64,000 nt of DNA from an uncultured Candidatus Babeliaceae bacterium (GCA_963704655.1 OY969927.1:896001-960000); one strand, 5' to 3'; counted from the first letter of the stretch, positions 39,129 to 50,334 are shown. The notes: generated by a model from the sequence alone, not told the origin. Made by a program: numbers and translations.

Positions 39129-40163
39129 ATGGTTAATAGATGTATAAATTCTAAATCATTTATCATTCTTCTAACTCTTACTAATTTTTTAACAGTAACT
39201 TTAGAAAGTATAAACCTAAATGCAGTAAGAAAATTTAAGAAAAAGTACAATGGAATTTCTATTTTTTATAAAAGTCCACACCAAGGCCTAACATCATCTG
39301 TAATTAGAGGACTTTCTAAATTGGAAATACCCTATAACATCAATCCAAATGATAAAAAGGACATTAAAGAGGTTTTCTTATGTCTTCAAGATGCAAGCCT
39401 CTTAAGAATGGGTATAAAACTTAAAGAAAAGAATCTTATAAAAAAATTAATAGTTGGTCCAAATATGTTTGCAAGAGCATATGAAGAAAATCACCTTCTT
39501 GCCAATAAAAATATAGACAAATATTTAGTCCCATCAGAGTGGACACGAATTGCCTGTACGCAAGATGAGCCCGCCGTGAAAGATACAATTAAAGTTTGGC
39601 CTGCAGGAGTTGATTCAGAATATTGGAAACCAGAACCAAAAAAAGAAACATTTCAAGTTCTTATATATTGGAAAACTGAGTCTCAAGAATTTTGCGATCA
39701 AGTAAAAAATATTCTTTTAAACTATGGTTGGCAGCCTATAGTTATAAAATATGACCACTATAACCATGAACACTATAAAAAGCTATTAAATAAAGTTAAA
39801 TTTGCAGTTTTTTTAAGTAAATCAGAATCACAAGGTCTTGCTCTTGCAGAATGTTGGTCCATGAATATTCCGACCCTAGTTTGGGATCCAAAAGAGCTTT
39901 TTTATTTGGGAAAACATTATGATCCGGTAACATCATGCCCTTTTTTAACAGAACAAACAGGAAAAAGCTGGAAAAAACTGAGCGAATTAGAAGAACTTTT
40001 AACAACAATGAAATCGTATTGGCCAGAATTTAATCCGCGAGAATGGGTTCTTGATAATATGACAGATGAGGTATCAGCAAGCTTATTGCTAGAAATTATA
40101 TATTCAAAAAAAAATAAAACAATTCATGAGGATATAGAAAATAACGAAACAATATCAAGTTAA
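39129..40163 (+). CDS. Putative GT-B glycosyltransferase
   Basis: LVPSEW, WPAGVD, SKSESQGLALAECWSMNIP (E-x7-E-like motif). Confidence 0.7.
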   Translation: MVNRCINSKSFIILLTLTNFLTVTLESINLNAVRKFKKKYNGISIFYKSPHQGLTSSVIRGLSKLEIPYNINPNDKKDIKEVFLCLQDASLLRMGIKLKEKNLIKKLIVGPNMFARAYEENHLLANKNIDKYLVPSEWTRIACTQDEPAVKDTIKVWPAGVDSEYWKPEPKKETFQVLIYWKTESQEFCDQVKNILLNYGWQPIVIKYDHYNHEHYKKLLNKVKFAVFLSKSESQGLALAECWSMNIPTLVWDPKELFYLGKHYDPVTSCPFLTEQTGKSWKKLSELEELLTTMKSYWPEFNPREWVLDNMTDEVSASLLLEIIYSKKNKTIHEDIENNETISS

Positions 40164-40200
40164 AAAAACTTAGTGAAGCAATTTAAAAAAAGGAAATTCA

Positions 40201-41328
40201 ATGAACAAAAATCTTTTCTTACCCCTTTTAGTACTATTTTCAACGGCACTATGCAGTAATTATATACTTGAAAATAATGACCAGCCTATAGTATATATTT
40301 ATGCAAACAATAGCAAATACTCGGAGAGTGCTCTTGATTCATTAAATAAATTTAATATTAAATTTAAAGTGGTTGATACAATAAATAATACAAATGATCA
40401 AAATCTTTATATAATTTTTGATGTTTTTAATATAAATAAAAGCGACTTGCCAAAATACTATATATCTTATCAATCATTAGATTTAACCAATAATCAATTA
40501 ACCAACGAATATTTAGATAAACTCGCAAACTCGGTTGCCGTTTGGGACTATAGTAAAAAAAATATTCATAAATATAACTCTAGAATTTATAATTATTACT
40601 ATTTTCCCAAAAATTATAAAAATGCAGACCCTGTTATTTTACCTTGCTTCATGCCTGTTTCCACACTTTCCGACTATAAAAAACTTTTAATATACAGCAA
40701 TCAGAAAGACACAGATATTTCAAGTCACCTTCCAGCACTATTTTGTCATACCGTATTACAAAATCCAAAAATCATAGTTGAAGCTGGCGTTAGAGGCGGT
40801 GAATCAACTATACCTTTTAGAGAATCCCTAAAATTTTGCGATGCAAAACTTATCGGAATTGATATAGAAAAAACTGCAGCTAAACCCTACAGCGAAATAG
40901 AACAAGCAATTTTTTTACTAATGGATGATTTAGATTTTAATACTTATCTGAAAAACAGCCCATTTAATAACAAAAAAATGGATATAATTTTTATCGACAC
41001 AACACACGAATATGAACAAACAATAAAAGAGATAGCCTTATTTGAGCCTCTTTTAGCCGACAATGGCTTTTTATCATTCCACGATTCAAATGTTACACCA
41101 CTTGCCGATGCTGGCTACATTCGGCTCAATGGAACCTCAGATAAGGCCCATGGAAACCCACGCGGCGTTCCTCAAGCAATTAAGGAATATTTTTCTCTAG
41201 AATTCGATGAATATAATTATTTTAATTCAAATTTTATTAGAGATGGCGTTGTTTGGAATATAACTCATTATCCATTTTGCAATGGCTTAACAATTATTAA
41301 AAAAATAATACAAAATCCAAATGTCTGA
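40201..41328 (+). CDS. Class I SAM methyltransferase (Methyltransf_24-like) with extra N-terminal domain
   Basis: IVEAGVRGGEST, IFIDTTHEYEQT, FHD, NGL; signal peptide. Confidence 0.8.
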   Translation: MNKNLFLPLLVLFSTALCSNYILENNDQPIVYIYANNSKYSESALDSLNKFNIKFKVVDTINNTNDQNLYIIFDVFNINKSDLPKYYISYQSLDLTNNQLTNEYLDKLANSVAVWDYSKKNIHKYNSRIYNYYYFPKNYKNADPVILPCFMPVSTLSDYKKLLIYSNQKDTDISSHLPALFCHTVLQNPKIIVEAGVRGGESTIPFRESLKFCDAKLIGIDIEKTAAKPYSEIEQAIFLLMDDLDFNTYLKNSPFNNKKMDIIFIDTTHEYEQTIKEIALFEPLLADNGFLSFHDSNVTPLADAGYIRLNGTSDKAHGNPRGVPQAIKEYFSLEFDEYNYFNSNFIRDGVVWNITHYPFCNGLTIIKKIIQNPNV

Positions 41329-41376
41329 TTGTTGTAGCAAGCAATAAATCACATTTTAAAATTAGGTAAATTAACA

Positions 41377-42270
41377 ATGAATCAAAGACATATATATTTA
41401 TTTTTTTCAACTTTTTTTTCTTTTTTTAATGTTTATACGAATGACAAAATACTCATTATGACCTATGTTCATAGCCGACCGGATTTTATAGAACTTCATG
41501 TCAAAACATTTGATGTTTTTTTAGAAGAAGAATATGAATATGTGGTATTTAACGATGCACCAAACGATGTTATGTGCAAAAAAGTTGAGCGCACCTGCAA
41601 AAAACTTGGAGTGAAATGCTTCCGTATCGACCCAAGGCTACATAATCGTCCCAATAACTCAGCTGGGCACAGACACATGGACGCAATCCAGTATTCATTA
41701 GACACCATTGGATATGATTATAATGGCGTAGTATTAATGGTCGATGCTGATATGTTTTTGATAAAACCCTTTAGCGTAAAAAGCTACATGGGTAAATATA
41801 ATTTTATTGGTGGTTATCAAGAACGAGCCGATTCGAATAAAAAAGTAATGTATTCTTTTCCAGGTCTTGTTTTTATGAATATGAAAAATTTACCAAATAA
41901 AAAAACTATTAGCTTTGAAGGTGGTGAAGTCGAGGGGATACCCTGTGATGTCGGTGGCCACACCCATTATTATTTTAAAAACAACCCACATATAAAACTC
42001 AACTTATACACAATACAATCAACAGATCTTTTGCCACGAGATGAAAAAAAATTATTAAATATGGGTTTTGATGAAAATTCAATTAACTATATCTTTTCAC
42101 TCTCATATCCCTATGGAATGGAGTTCCATGCAGATGGAAACTTTCTTCATTACTACGCAGGTGGTTCTAATTGGCCAGAGTATAGTGCCGATTTCCTTCA
42201 AAAGAAAACAACCCTACTTAACGATTTTATAAACAAATCAATAAAAAATTATAAACAAGAAGGAAATTAG
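41377..42270 (+). CDS. Putative GT-A-like secreted protein (paralog 1 of 3)
   Basis: RPDFIE, YVVFNDA, DADMF, DVGG, FLHY..GSNW. Confidence 0.6.
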   Translation: MNQRHIYLFFSTFFSFFNVYTNDKILIMTYVHSRPDFIELHVKTFDVFLEEEYEYVVFNDAPNDVMCKKVERTCKKLGVKCFRIDPRLHNRPNNSAGHRHMDAIQYSLDTIGYDYNGVVLMVDADMFLIKPFSVKSYMGKYNFIGGYQERADSNKKVMYSFPGLVFMNMKNLPNKKTISFEGGEVEGIPCDVGGHTHYYFKNNPHIKLNLYTIQSTDLLPRDEKKLLNMGFDENSINYIFSLSYPYGMEFHADGNFLHYYAGGSNWPEYSADFLQKKTTLLNDFINKSIKNYKQEGN

Positions 42271-42274
42271 TATA

Positions 42275-43183
42275 ATGAAACAACTTTTAAAATTTATACT
42301 TTTCATACCCTTGTACACGCATAGTTACGTGCTTATCATAACTCATAATTATAATCGTCCTGATTTTATAGAATTACAAGACAAAGCATTTAAAAAGTTC
42401 TTAAAGGATGATTATAGATATGTTGTTTTTAATGATGCAACAAGCGAGGAGATGCGTAAAAAAATTGAAGAGACATGTAAAAAACTTAATATCGAATGCA
42501 TTCAAATTCCTCAAGAAATCCACAGCCGCCCATACTTGCCCAGAGAACCAAACGAAAGAATTAATGCCAGCATTAGACACGCAAATGTTGTAATGTACTC
42601 ATTGGATTTTATGGGGTTTGATCATGATGGAATAGTCTTTATTGTTGATTCAGACATACTTCTCATTCGACCATTTTCAATTGAAAAATATATGAAAGAT
42701 AAGGATATTGCTGCACGCATAAACAGACCACACAATAAAGCATATTACTGCAGCCCTCTATTTTGTATTTTAAATATGAGTAAATTACCCGATAAAAAAA
42801 CACTTAATTTTAATTGTGGAACCATTAATGGAACAGGAGGAGATACAGGTGCGTGGAGTTACTATTATTTGAAAAATCATCCAGAGTTAAATGTAGTACC
42901 AGTTAGCATGACCTTTAGTCATCAACTATTTTTAGCAGACTATCATATTGATAAAGAGGCAGACTTTACTATTTCGGATGATGTAAAAGCTTCATTTTAT
43001 GCCCATTATGGCTTTAATAACACTGAGATAAAATTTTTATTAAATAAGCCGGACACTTTTGAATTTTATTTAGATAATAATTTCTTACATTATAGAGGTG
43101 GATCAAACCATACCAACAATTCACAAAAATATCACGACCACAAGTTTAAAATTTTTAATGATTTTTTTAACGATATTTTATAA
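42275..43183 (+). CDS. Putative GT-A-like secreted protein (paralog 2 of 3)
   Basis: NRPDFIE, YVVFNDA, DSDIL, DTG, FLHYRGGSN. Confidence 0.6.
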   Translation: MKQLLKFILFIPLYTHSYVLIITHNYNRPDFIELQDKAFKKFLKDDYRYVVFNDATSEEMRKKIEETCKKLNIECIQIPQEIHSRPYLPREPNERINASIRHANVVMYSLDFMGFDHDGIVFIVDSDILLIRPFSIEKYMKDKDIAARINRPHNKAYYCSPLFCILNMSKLPDKKTLNFNCGTINGTGGDTGAWSYYYLKNHPELNVVPVSMTFSHQLFLADYHIDKEADFTISDDVKASFYAHYGFNNTEIKFLLNKPDTFEFYLDNNFLHYRGGSNHTNNSQKYHDHKFKIFNDFFNDIL

Positions 43184-43221
43184 TCACTGCTGGTAATGAA
43201 GCAAAAAAAGGAGATCTGTAG

Positions 43222-44169
43222 ATGAAGTATATAGTATATATAGTGTGCGTACTTACATTAGTACCAGTTTTTTCAAAAAACATTCAAACCTTTCTTGTTT
43301 TTGGTGGAAAAACTGGTTGGGTAGGACAACAAATAATAACTATTCTCAAAGAAAGAGGCTACACAGCTGTATGCGCTGAATCGCGCTTAGAAAACAGAGA
43401 ATCTGTTGAATCTGAAATAAAAAACATTAAACCTGATTATATTATTAATTCAGCAGGGGTAACAGGAGTTCCAAACGTTGACTGGTGCGAAGACCACAAA
43501 CAGGAAACAATCAGATCAAATATTATTGGCGCACTTACAATCGCTGACATCGCCTTTAAACATGGCATACCAGTAATAAATATTGGAACGGGTTGTATTT
43601 ATGAATATGATTCTAACCACCCCATAAACAGTGGAATCGGCTTTAAAGAATTTGAAGAACCTAACTTTGATGGCTCTTTTTACTCTTATACCAAAATTAT
43701 GCTCGATAAATTACTTTTCCACTACCCAAACGTGCTTAATTTGCGTTTAAGAATGCCTATTTCAACTGACTTGCACCAAAGAAATTTTATTACCAAAATT
43801 TCAAAATATAATAAAGTGGTCAATGTTCCTAATTCTATGAGTGTCCTGGCTGATCTGTTGCCGCTAATTCCAGAGATGGCTGAGCGAAATTTAAGAGGCA
43901 ATTATAATTTCGTAAACCCAGGGGTGATATCGCATAATGAAATTCTTGATCTCTATAAAGAACACATAGACCCAAAGTTTGAATATAAAAATTTTAGCAT
44001 CGAAGAACAAAACCAAATCTTAAAAGCTAAAAGATCTAATAATCAACTCGACACAACAAAACTTCAACAAGAATTTCCCGAGTTACCTCATATAAAAGAA
44101 TCTATAATTAAAGTTTTTAAAACTATGAAAAATAATCTTAAGACACATAGTAATAATCTCAAATCATAA
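43222..44169 (+). CDS. NDP-4-keto-6-deoxyglucose 3,5-epimerase/4-reductase (NRS/ER, UER-type) with signal peptide
   Basis: GKTGWVG, AGVTGVPNVDWCEDHK, TGCIYEYD, GSFYSYTK, LRLRMPI, RNFITKI, RSNNQLD. Confidence 0.88.
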   Translation: MKYIVYIVCVLTLVPVFSKNIQTFLVFGGKTGWVGQQIITILKERGYTAVCAESRLENRESVESEIKNIKPDYIINSAGVTGVPNVDWCEDHKQETIRSNIIGALTIADIAFKHGIPVINIGTGCIYEYDSNHPINSGIGFKEFEEPNFDGSFYSYTKIMLDKLLFHYPNVLNLRLRMPISTDLHQRNFITKISKYNKVVNVPNSMSVLADLLPLIPEMAERNLRGNYNFVNPGVISHNEILDLYKEHIDPKFEYKNFSIEEQNQILKAKRSNNQLDTTKLQQEFPELPHIKESIIKVFKTMKNNLKTHSNNLKS

Positions 44170-44183
44170 AAAAAGGAGCTATT

Positions 44184-45305
44184 ATGATTTTCTTATCTCA
44201 TATTAAAACTGTGTTTAAACAAATATTTATTGTCATATTCTTACTAGCCGTTGGTAATTTTTACGCAAATTATGAAAAAAATGTCTTTATAACTGGTGGC
44301 GCAGGATTCATCGGGAGCAATTTTATCAATTATATGTTTGATAAATACCCTACCTATCACTTTACGGTTTTGGACTGCTTAACCTATGCAGGTAACTTAA
44401 AAAATATCAATGCACATATCCGAAATTCAAACCGATTTTCCTTTGTCCATGGTTCAATAACAAATATAGCCCTGGTAGATGAATTAATGAGCAAAGCAGA
44501 TTTAGTTGTCCATTTCGCAGCTGAATCACATGTTGCCCGAAGCATTCTTGATGATTTTGTCTTCTTTGATACTGATGTAATGGGCACACGCGCTATGATG
44601 GCGGCGCTCGTAAAACACAATAAAACAGTTCAACGGTTTATCCATATATCAACATCTGAGGTACTTGGAACGGCCGAAGAACTGCAAATGTCAGAAGAAC
44701 ACCCAATTAACCCAAGAACACCCTACGCTGCAGCAAAAGCTGGTGCCGACAGGCTTGTTTATGCTTATTGGTGCACCTATGACATACCGGCAGTTATCGT
44801 TCGCCCTTTCAATAATTATGGCCCACAACAACACCTTGAAAAACTTATCCCCCGCCTAATTTCTCAAGCAATTCAAGGACTCCCATTAACTATACATGGT
44901 GATGGCGAACAAAAACGTGATTGGGTACATACGCACGATATCGCACGCGCTTTAGATATTATTTTACATATTAAAGACTTTAATAAAATTAAAAATGAGA
45001 CTATTCACCTAGGTAGCGGTATGGCAACCTCAGTTAACCAAATTGCAGATACTATTCTTAACTATTTCGACCAACCCCTATCGAAAAAACGTTATACTAA
45101 AGATCGTCCAGGTCAGGTCGCATTACACATATCTTCAACTCAAAAGGCTTGGGAATTATTGGGATGGGAACCCGAAATAAGCCTATCTGAAGGCATTATA
45201 GATACTATTTCGTGGTATGAAAATAATATAGAGCGCTGGTCAGAATATCTCAATAAATGCACGATTCCGCTTATTAACTCGGATAATAAAATAGAGATGT
45301 ACTAA
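44184..45305 (+). CDS. dTDP/UDP-glucose 4,6-dehydratase (RmlB-like) with hydrophobic leader
   Basis: ITGGAGFIGSNF, DCLTYAGN, HFAAESHV, YAAAK, NNYGP, DRPG. Confidence 0.88.
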   Translation: MIFLSHIKTVFKQIFIVIFLLAVGNFYANYEKNVFITGGAGFIGSNFINYMFDKYPTYHFTVLDCLTYAGNLKNINAHIRNSNRFSFVHGSITNIALVDELMSKADLVVHFAAESHVARSILDDFVFFDTDVMGTRAMMAALVKHNKTVQRFIHISTSEVLGTAEELQMSEEHPINPRTPYAAAKAGADRLVYAYWCTYDIPAVIVRPFNNYGPQQHLEKLIPRLISQAIQGLPLTIHGDGEQKRDWVHTHDIARALDIILHIKDFNKIKNETIHLGSGMATSVNQIADTILNYFDQPLSKKRYTKDRPGQVALHISSTQKAWELLGWEPEISLSEGIIDTISWYENNIERWSEYLNKCTIPLINSDNKIEMY

Positions 45306-45329
45306 TATTGATATTTTTTGAGACAAACT

Positions 45330-46289
45330 ATGACCTATTTTAAAAAAACCCACCTATTTACTTTAGCAGTATTAACTTTTTTTAAGTTATACCCAAATGC
45401 TGGGCCATTTCCAATACAGTTTTCGATAGCTGAAGAAAAAATAGTTAAGGAAATTCCAGAAAAAGATCGTGATTTTGCCTTTATTATTCCTGGAGACTTA
45501 AGTACCTATATTTATAAAAAAGAATCGGAATACTATAAGGATTATCAACGTTCTTACTTTGCAATTACGCGTGCAAAGGCTGGCTGGGATGCAATGCGAC
45601 ATTATGAAATTTTAGCAAATGGGTGTATTCCATATTTTCTAAATCTCGATAAGTGCAACCCACAGGTTTTGTATTTTTTACCTAAAGATTTAATATATGA
45701 AGCTATGAGTTTAGAAGGCGTTTCTTATCTTAAAATTGATCATACTAAGTTCAATAAGGCTAAATATTATGAACTACTCAATAAACTATTAGAACACACA
45801 AGAAAGCACTTAACAACCAAAAGCATAGCGCAATACCTCCTTCAAAAAATTGATTATAAAGGAGATGGGAAGATCTTATTTTTGACTAATAAAGTCGAGC
45901 CTGATTATATGCCAGATTGCATTTTGGCAGGCCTAAAAGAATTATTTCAAGAAAGAGTGATTGATTTTCCTAAAATTGATTTTATATACAAAAGTTATGA
46001 AGGAGACATATTGCAATTATATGGCAGGGGTATGTCCTATACTAAAATTATTGATGATTTACCTGTAAATAGAGACAACATCGAAGAACGAATAAAAAAT
46101 AAAGAGTTTGATCTTATCATTTACGGTTCAGTGCACCGTGGAATTTTATTTCATGACGTAGTTAAACAAGTTTATGAAAAAGAAAAAATAGTTTATATTT
46201 GTGGAGAAGATTGTCACAGATGTGAATATAAGCATCTACCAAATTTATTTTTAAGAGAAGTTGATGCCCACTCCATTTATTCAAATTAA
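45330..46289 (+). CDS. Putative glycosyltransferase (GT-B-like)
   Basis: YFAIT..KAGWDAMRHYEILANGCIP; hydrophobic leader. Confidence 0.55.
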   Translation: MTYFKKTHLFTLAVLTFFKLYPNAGPFPIQFSIAEEKIVKEIPEKDRDFAFIIPGDLSTYIYKKESEYYKDYQRSYFAITRAKAGWDAMRHYEILANGCIPYFLNLDKCNPQVLYFLPKDLIYEAMSLEGVSYLKIDHTKFNKAKYYELLNKLLEHTRKHLTTKSIAQYLLQKIDYKGDGKILFLTNKVEPDYMPDCILAGLKELFQERVIDFPKIDFIYKSYEGDILQLYGRGMSYTKIIDDLPVNRDNIEERIKNKEFDLIIYGSVHRGILFHDVVKQVYEKEKIVYICGEDCHRCEYKHLPNLFLREVDAHSIYSN

Positions 46290-46306
46290 TAACTGCAGGA
46301 AATAAA

Positions 46307-46969
46307 ATGCTTAAAAAAACAATCCTATTTTATTTCACTATAACGACACTGCAAATTAGTTCATCAGTTGTTATTTTATCCACTGCTGCTCTTATTCCAC
46401 AAAAATATGAAGATCGGAAAATTGAATATATTAACGTTTTAGAAATTTTACAAAACCAACCATTGCCCGTCTATATGGTTGAATCATGCCTACAAGAAGG
46501 GCCTACTTATTTAGATTATTATTGTAAAAATGTTTTTTATGCCAATTGCAATGATTCACAACTTAAAAATAAAGGTGTGAATGAAGCCAAAGCTATGTTG
46601 GCAGCTTTACAATATTTTGCCTTTGATGATGAAACGATTATCATCAAAGTGACCGGGCGTTATCCTTTTAGAGATTTCAGCTTTATCAATACCATATTAA
46701 ATAATCAACTAAATGATGCTTTTGTAAAATATGATAGAAATGGCCAAGTGTACACGGGATGCTTTGCTATGAGGTGTAAGCATATGAAAAATATGCTTGC
46801 GCGCCTTGATTTAGTAAAGATGGAAAAACAAATGATCAATATCGAAGCCGAAGTTGCACGGTACATAAAAAATAAAATTCCCTATAATGAAGTATTTCGC
46901 GTGTCAAATCTTGGTATTACAGCAAGATTTTTTGGAACAGGTGACCACATTGGTATACACGAACTTTAA
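46307..46969 (+). CDS. Hypothetical glycan-cluster protein with signal peptide
   Basis: NKGVNE, IIKVTGRY motifs. Confidence 0.55.
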   Translation: MLKKTILFYFTITTLQISSSVVILSTAALIPQKYEDRKIEYINVLEILQNQPLPVYMVESCLQEGPTYLDYYCKNVFYANCNDSQLKNKGVNEAKAMLAALQYFAFDDETIIIKVTGRYPFRDFSFINTILNNQLNDAFVKYDRNGQVYTGCFAMRCKHMKNMLARLDLVKMEKQMINIEAEVARYIKNKIPYNEVFRVSNLGITARFFGTGDHIGIHEL

Positions 46970-47030
46970 TCTTAAAAAAATATGATGCAAGAAATTTGAA
47001 AGCTCTTGCATCATATTTTTTTAAATTTTT

Positions 47031-47903
47031 CTATTCTTTAAGAGCAAACTTAAGTCTATCTATAAATGTTTTTTCATCAAACTTTGTTAACTCAATCCAA
47101 GCACGAGTGTTCCATCCACAAAGTGCGTCCATGACACTTCCAAAATCAAATAAAAAAACATTATCTAATTTATTCCATAGCCTTTTTTGTAATGCGCGGC
47201 CTGAACAACCCATAGCAGTAATTATTATCTTATACTCATTGTTATTGCCGATTTTATTCAAACATTCTGCCTCAATTCTATCTATAGCACTATATGACTG
47301 TTGAAATGGAGTAGGAATAAAAATACAATCCGGCCCAAAAAGCATATCGCGGATTTCCTGCGGGATATTTTCATTTCCAATAAACATAAAACAATTTGAA
47401 TTTCTCAAAAATTTTAAAAATTTTATACACATTTCTGGATATTGAGAAGCTGCAAAGTGCAAGGCAGCATGCGAGTAAACATCCGAAATTTGCCCGTTCC
47501 ATAAAGGCTTTGCTTTTTTAAGTATATCTAAACACCAGTCATAAGGAGCCGCGTGATTACCAGGGAACATCCCGGCCTCATAGCCATTAAATTCTTTACA
47601 ATAAAGAGGCAATGTCTTTAGAACAGTAGGTCCATTTATTGCGAAGGCTTCACGCATTTCTAGCATTAAAGAATGTCTTGCTGGCTGAAGAGCATCATTC
47701 TCTCCCAAAGCAAGGTTAACATCCCCATCACCAAATCGTAGGTAGGCACCCTTCTCCTTATTTGAAATAATTTTTTCTATTTCAAGTAATGTTTCTTCTG
47801 TGCCATAAAACCTTAAGGCAGTAAAGGGCTTTCCATTCAGATATAATGTTTGAACAAAAATATACAATATTATGAGTTGTGCTTTTACAGTTTTTTTTAA
47901 CAT
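47031..47903 (-). CDS. GT-D fold (DUF1792-like) glycosyltransferase
   Basis: YLRFGDGD, FDFGSVMD; hydrophobic leader. Confidence 0.7.
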   Translation of the reverse strand: MLKKTVKAQLIILYIFVQTLYLNGKPFTALRFYGTEETLLEIEKIISNKEKGAYLRFGDGDVNLALGENDALQPARHSLMLEMREAFAINGPTVLKTLPLYCKEFNGYEAGMFPGNHAAPYDWCLDILKKAKPLWNGQISDVYSHAALHFAASQYPEMCIKFLKFLRNSNCFMFIGNENIPQEIRDMLFGPDCIFIPTPFQQSYSAIDRIEAECLNKIGNNNEYKIIITAMGCSGRALQKRLWNKLDNVFLFDFGSVMDALCGWNTRAWIELTKFDEKTFIDRLKFALKE

Positions 47904-47998
47904 GACAATTATACCCTTTCAAAATAACTTGACAATAAACAGTGCTATTCTATAGTAAAAAAAATTTGTTTTTTAATTTTAAAAACCTGAGTAGTTCA

Positions 47999-49219
47999 AT
48001 GACTTTTATATATCCTCCTAAACCACGTTTCATACTATTTAAATTTCATCCTTTACGCAATATAATTGTAGCCATACTTTTTTTCCCATTCTTCAATATC
48101 GAGTCAACTACACCGCATAAAAAAAAAATTAATATAAATGAATGGGGCACGCTGTTTCAAAAAGCAGATATTCTTGAACGCGAAAAGATGTTAATTGATT
48201 TTTTTGAATATGCTTTTGAGCCACAATCACCAAATAGAAATTCTACGCTTAAACGATTAAAACAACTCCAAAATATTGTAAAAAATGTTACCTGGAGCAA
48301 AGAAGATAGAGAAATAAAAAAAGCTCTTGAAAAAATCGTCAATGATGAGGTGATTCTTATTGATGCAGCAATCGGGATGAATTTACCAGAATGGGTCGGT
48401 ACCGTCCCCTCAGACTATTTAACAGGGGATAATATAGCTTTTCTCTGTAAGCATAGAACTTTTAAGATTAATGGCTACTCTTCATATTTTGTACCATTTG
48501 ATCCAAAACAAGTAAAACCTGGCGACTCTGTTTTTGTTGTAACAAATTATTTAGACTTATATTTTGATGTTTATCACAAAGAGATATCAGTGCCATACGT
48601 TCTTGTAACCAATAACTCTGACTTCCCTGTTCCTGGAAAGTTTGCACCCTTTTTAAATGATCCAAAAATCATTGCATGGTTTGGCATTAACCTTGATGAT
48701 ACTAAACATGACAAATTACACCCTTTACCTTTAGGTATCCGTAATCATGGGTATAATCGTGAACCTATTAACTACATGGACCAAATAATAATAAGCAATA
48801 AATCATTAACAAAAAAAAATCTTCTGTATATTAATTTTACACTCAATCATCAAGAACGGCACGATGCTATTAATACATTCAAATACAAGCCTTGGTGCAC
48901 AATAGTAATGACAAAAAAGAGTCAGACAGACTACTATAAAGATGTAGCTCAATCAAAATTCGTCTTAAGCCCTCGCGGAGATGGACTTGATTGTTGGCGA
49001 ACATGGGAAACATTATTAATTGGGAGTATCCCTGTAGTTAAACATTCAAGTTTAGACACTATATATGCTGAGTTTCCAATAGTCATTGTTAATGATTGGG
49101 CGGAAGTCACAGAAGAATATTTAGAAAAGAAATATCTTGAATTTGCAGAAAAAACTTATGATTACAACAAATTATTTGCATCTTACTGGGCAGATAAAAT
49201 TAACTCATTTACTAAATAA
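47999..49219 (+). CDS. Exostosin/GT47-like glycosyltransferase
   Basis: LVTNNSDFP, PLPLGI, SKFVLSPRGDGLDCWRTWETL..SIPVV; start position uncertain. Confidence 0.65.
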   Translation: MTFIYPPKPRFILFKFHPLRNIIVAILFFPFFNIESTTPHKKKININEWGTLFQKADILEREKMLIDFFEYAFEPQSPNRNSTLKRLKQLQNIVKNVTWSKEDREIKKALEKIVNDEVILIDAAIGMNLPEWVGTVPSDYLTGDNIAFLCKHRTFKINGYSSYFVPFDPKQVKPGDSVFVVTNYLDLYFDVYHKEISVPYVLVTNNSDFPVPGKFAPFLNDPKIIAWFGINLDDTKHDKLHPLPLGIRNHGYNREPINYMDQIIISNKSLTKKNLLYINFTLNHQERHDAINTFKYKPWCTIVMTKKSQTDYYKDVAQSKFVLSPRGDGLDCWRTWETLLIGSIPVVKHSSLDTIYAEFPIVIVNDWAEVTEEYLEKKYLEFAEKTYDYNKLFASYWADKINSFTK

Positions 49220-49227
49220 TTTAAAAA

Positions 49228-50334
49228 ATGGATACAAAAAAAATGTCGAATAATACCTTTAAATCAAAGAACATACTATTTATTTGTAATCTTTTTGTCA
49301 TTTTTGGCAGTTTTAATATATGCTTTGCAAAAAAAACAAAGATTGCTTTTTTTATCAATTTTCTTACTGTACGCGGTGTCGAAGTTGCTGTATATGATTA
49401 TGCAGATTGCAATGAGACTATTCTTGGCAACGAGTCCATTATCATAAATAATGCAGAGATTTTTAATGATCCAAAAAGTGGCTTTCATAATGATTACACA
49501 AATTCCGCAAGAGAAAAATTTGTCAAAAGGTTTGGAAATCGATTTTTTGATTGCGCCAATATGAAAGAAGCTGATGAAATTATGAAGAGAGAAAATGTAG
49601 ATATTTTTTATACTCAAAAATATGGCGTAATTGATGATAAGGTATCAAAGGTGTGTAAAAATGCAATACACGCAGTATTTACGGTTCAAGCACATGGCGA
49701 TGCTTATGCGTGCATTTCTGAATGGTTAAGTAAGGCCTATTCATCACATCATGCGCCCTATGTGCCCTATATGGTCCGTGTTGATGATACACATGAAACA
49801 CTCCATGACGAGCTAAAAATACCACGCGGAACCGTTATTTTTGGAAGACATGGTGGAAGTGGCACATTCAGTATCCCCTATGCGCGCGAGGCTGTTCAAG
49901 AAATTGCAAAAAAACATAAAGACTGGTATTTCCTCTTTCTTAATACTAATAAATTTTGCGATTTACCAAATGTTATTTTTTTACCAGCAACGGCGGATAT
50001 GGTATATAAGGCAAAATTTATTAATACTTGTGATGCGATGATACATGCAAGAGAAGAAGGCGAAACATTTGGCCTTGCTTGTGGAGAATTTTCAATGAAA
50101 AATAAGCCCGTTATAACATGTTCCAATATGGGTGATCGATGCCATATTGAAATTTTAGGTAACAAAGGGTTCTATTATAACAATAAGCAGGAGCTATTAA
50201 ACATTTTTGAATCGATAGCCAATAATATAGATAAAATTCGTAACCAAGACTGGGATTGTTACTCAAAAAAATATAATCCCGAAATTGTCATGAAAAAATT
50301 CGATGAAATTTTTATACAACCATTAATCAAATAA
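49228..50334 (+). CDS. GT-B (GT4-like) glycosyltransferase
   Basis: RGVEVAVYDYA, FGRHGG, CDAMIHAREEGETFGLACGEF. Confidence 0.75.
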   Translation: MDTKKMSNNTFKSKNILFICNLFVIFGSFNICFAKKTKIAFFINFLTVRGVEVAVYDYADCNETILGNESIIINNAEIFNDPKSGFHNDYTNSAREKFVKRFGNRFFDCANMKEADEIMKRENVDIFYTQKYGVIDDKVSKVCKNAIHAVFTVQAHGDAYACISEWLSKAYSSHHAPYVPYMVRVDDTHETLHDELKIPRGTVIFGRHGGSGTFSIPYAREAVQEIAKKHKDWYFLFLNTNKFCDLPNVIFLPATADMVYKAKFINTCDAMIHAREEGETFGLACGEFSMKNKPVITCSNMGDRCHIEILGNKGFYYNNKQELLNIFESIANNIDKIRNQDWDCYSKKYNPEIVMKKFDEIFIQPLIK

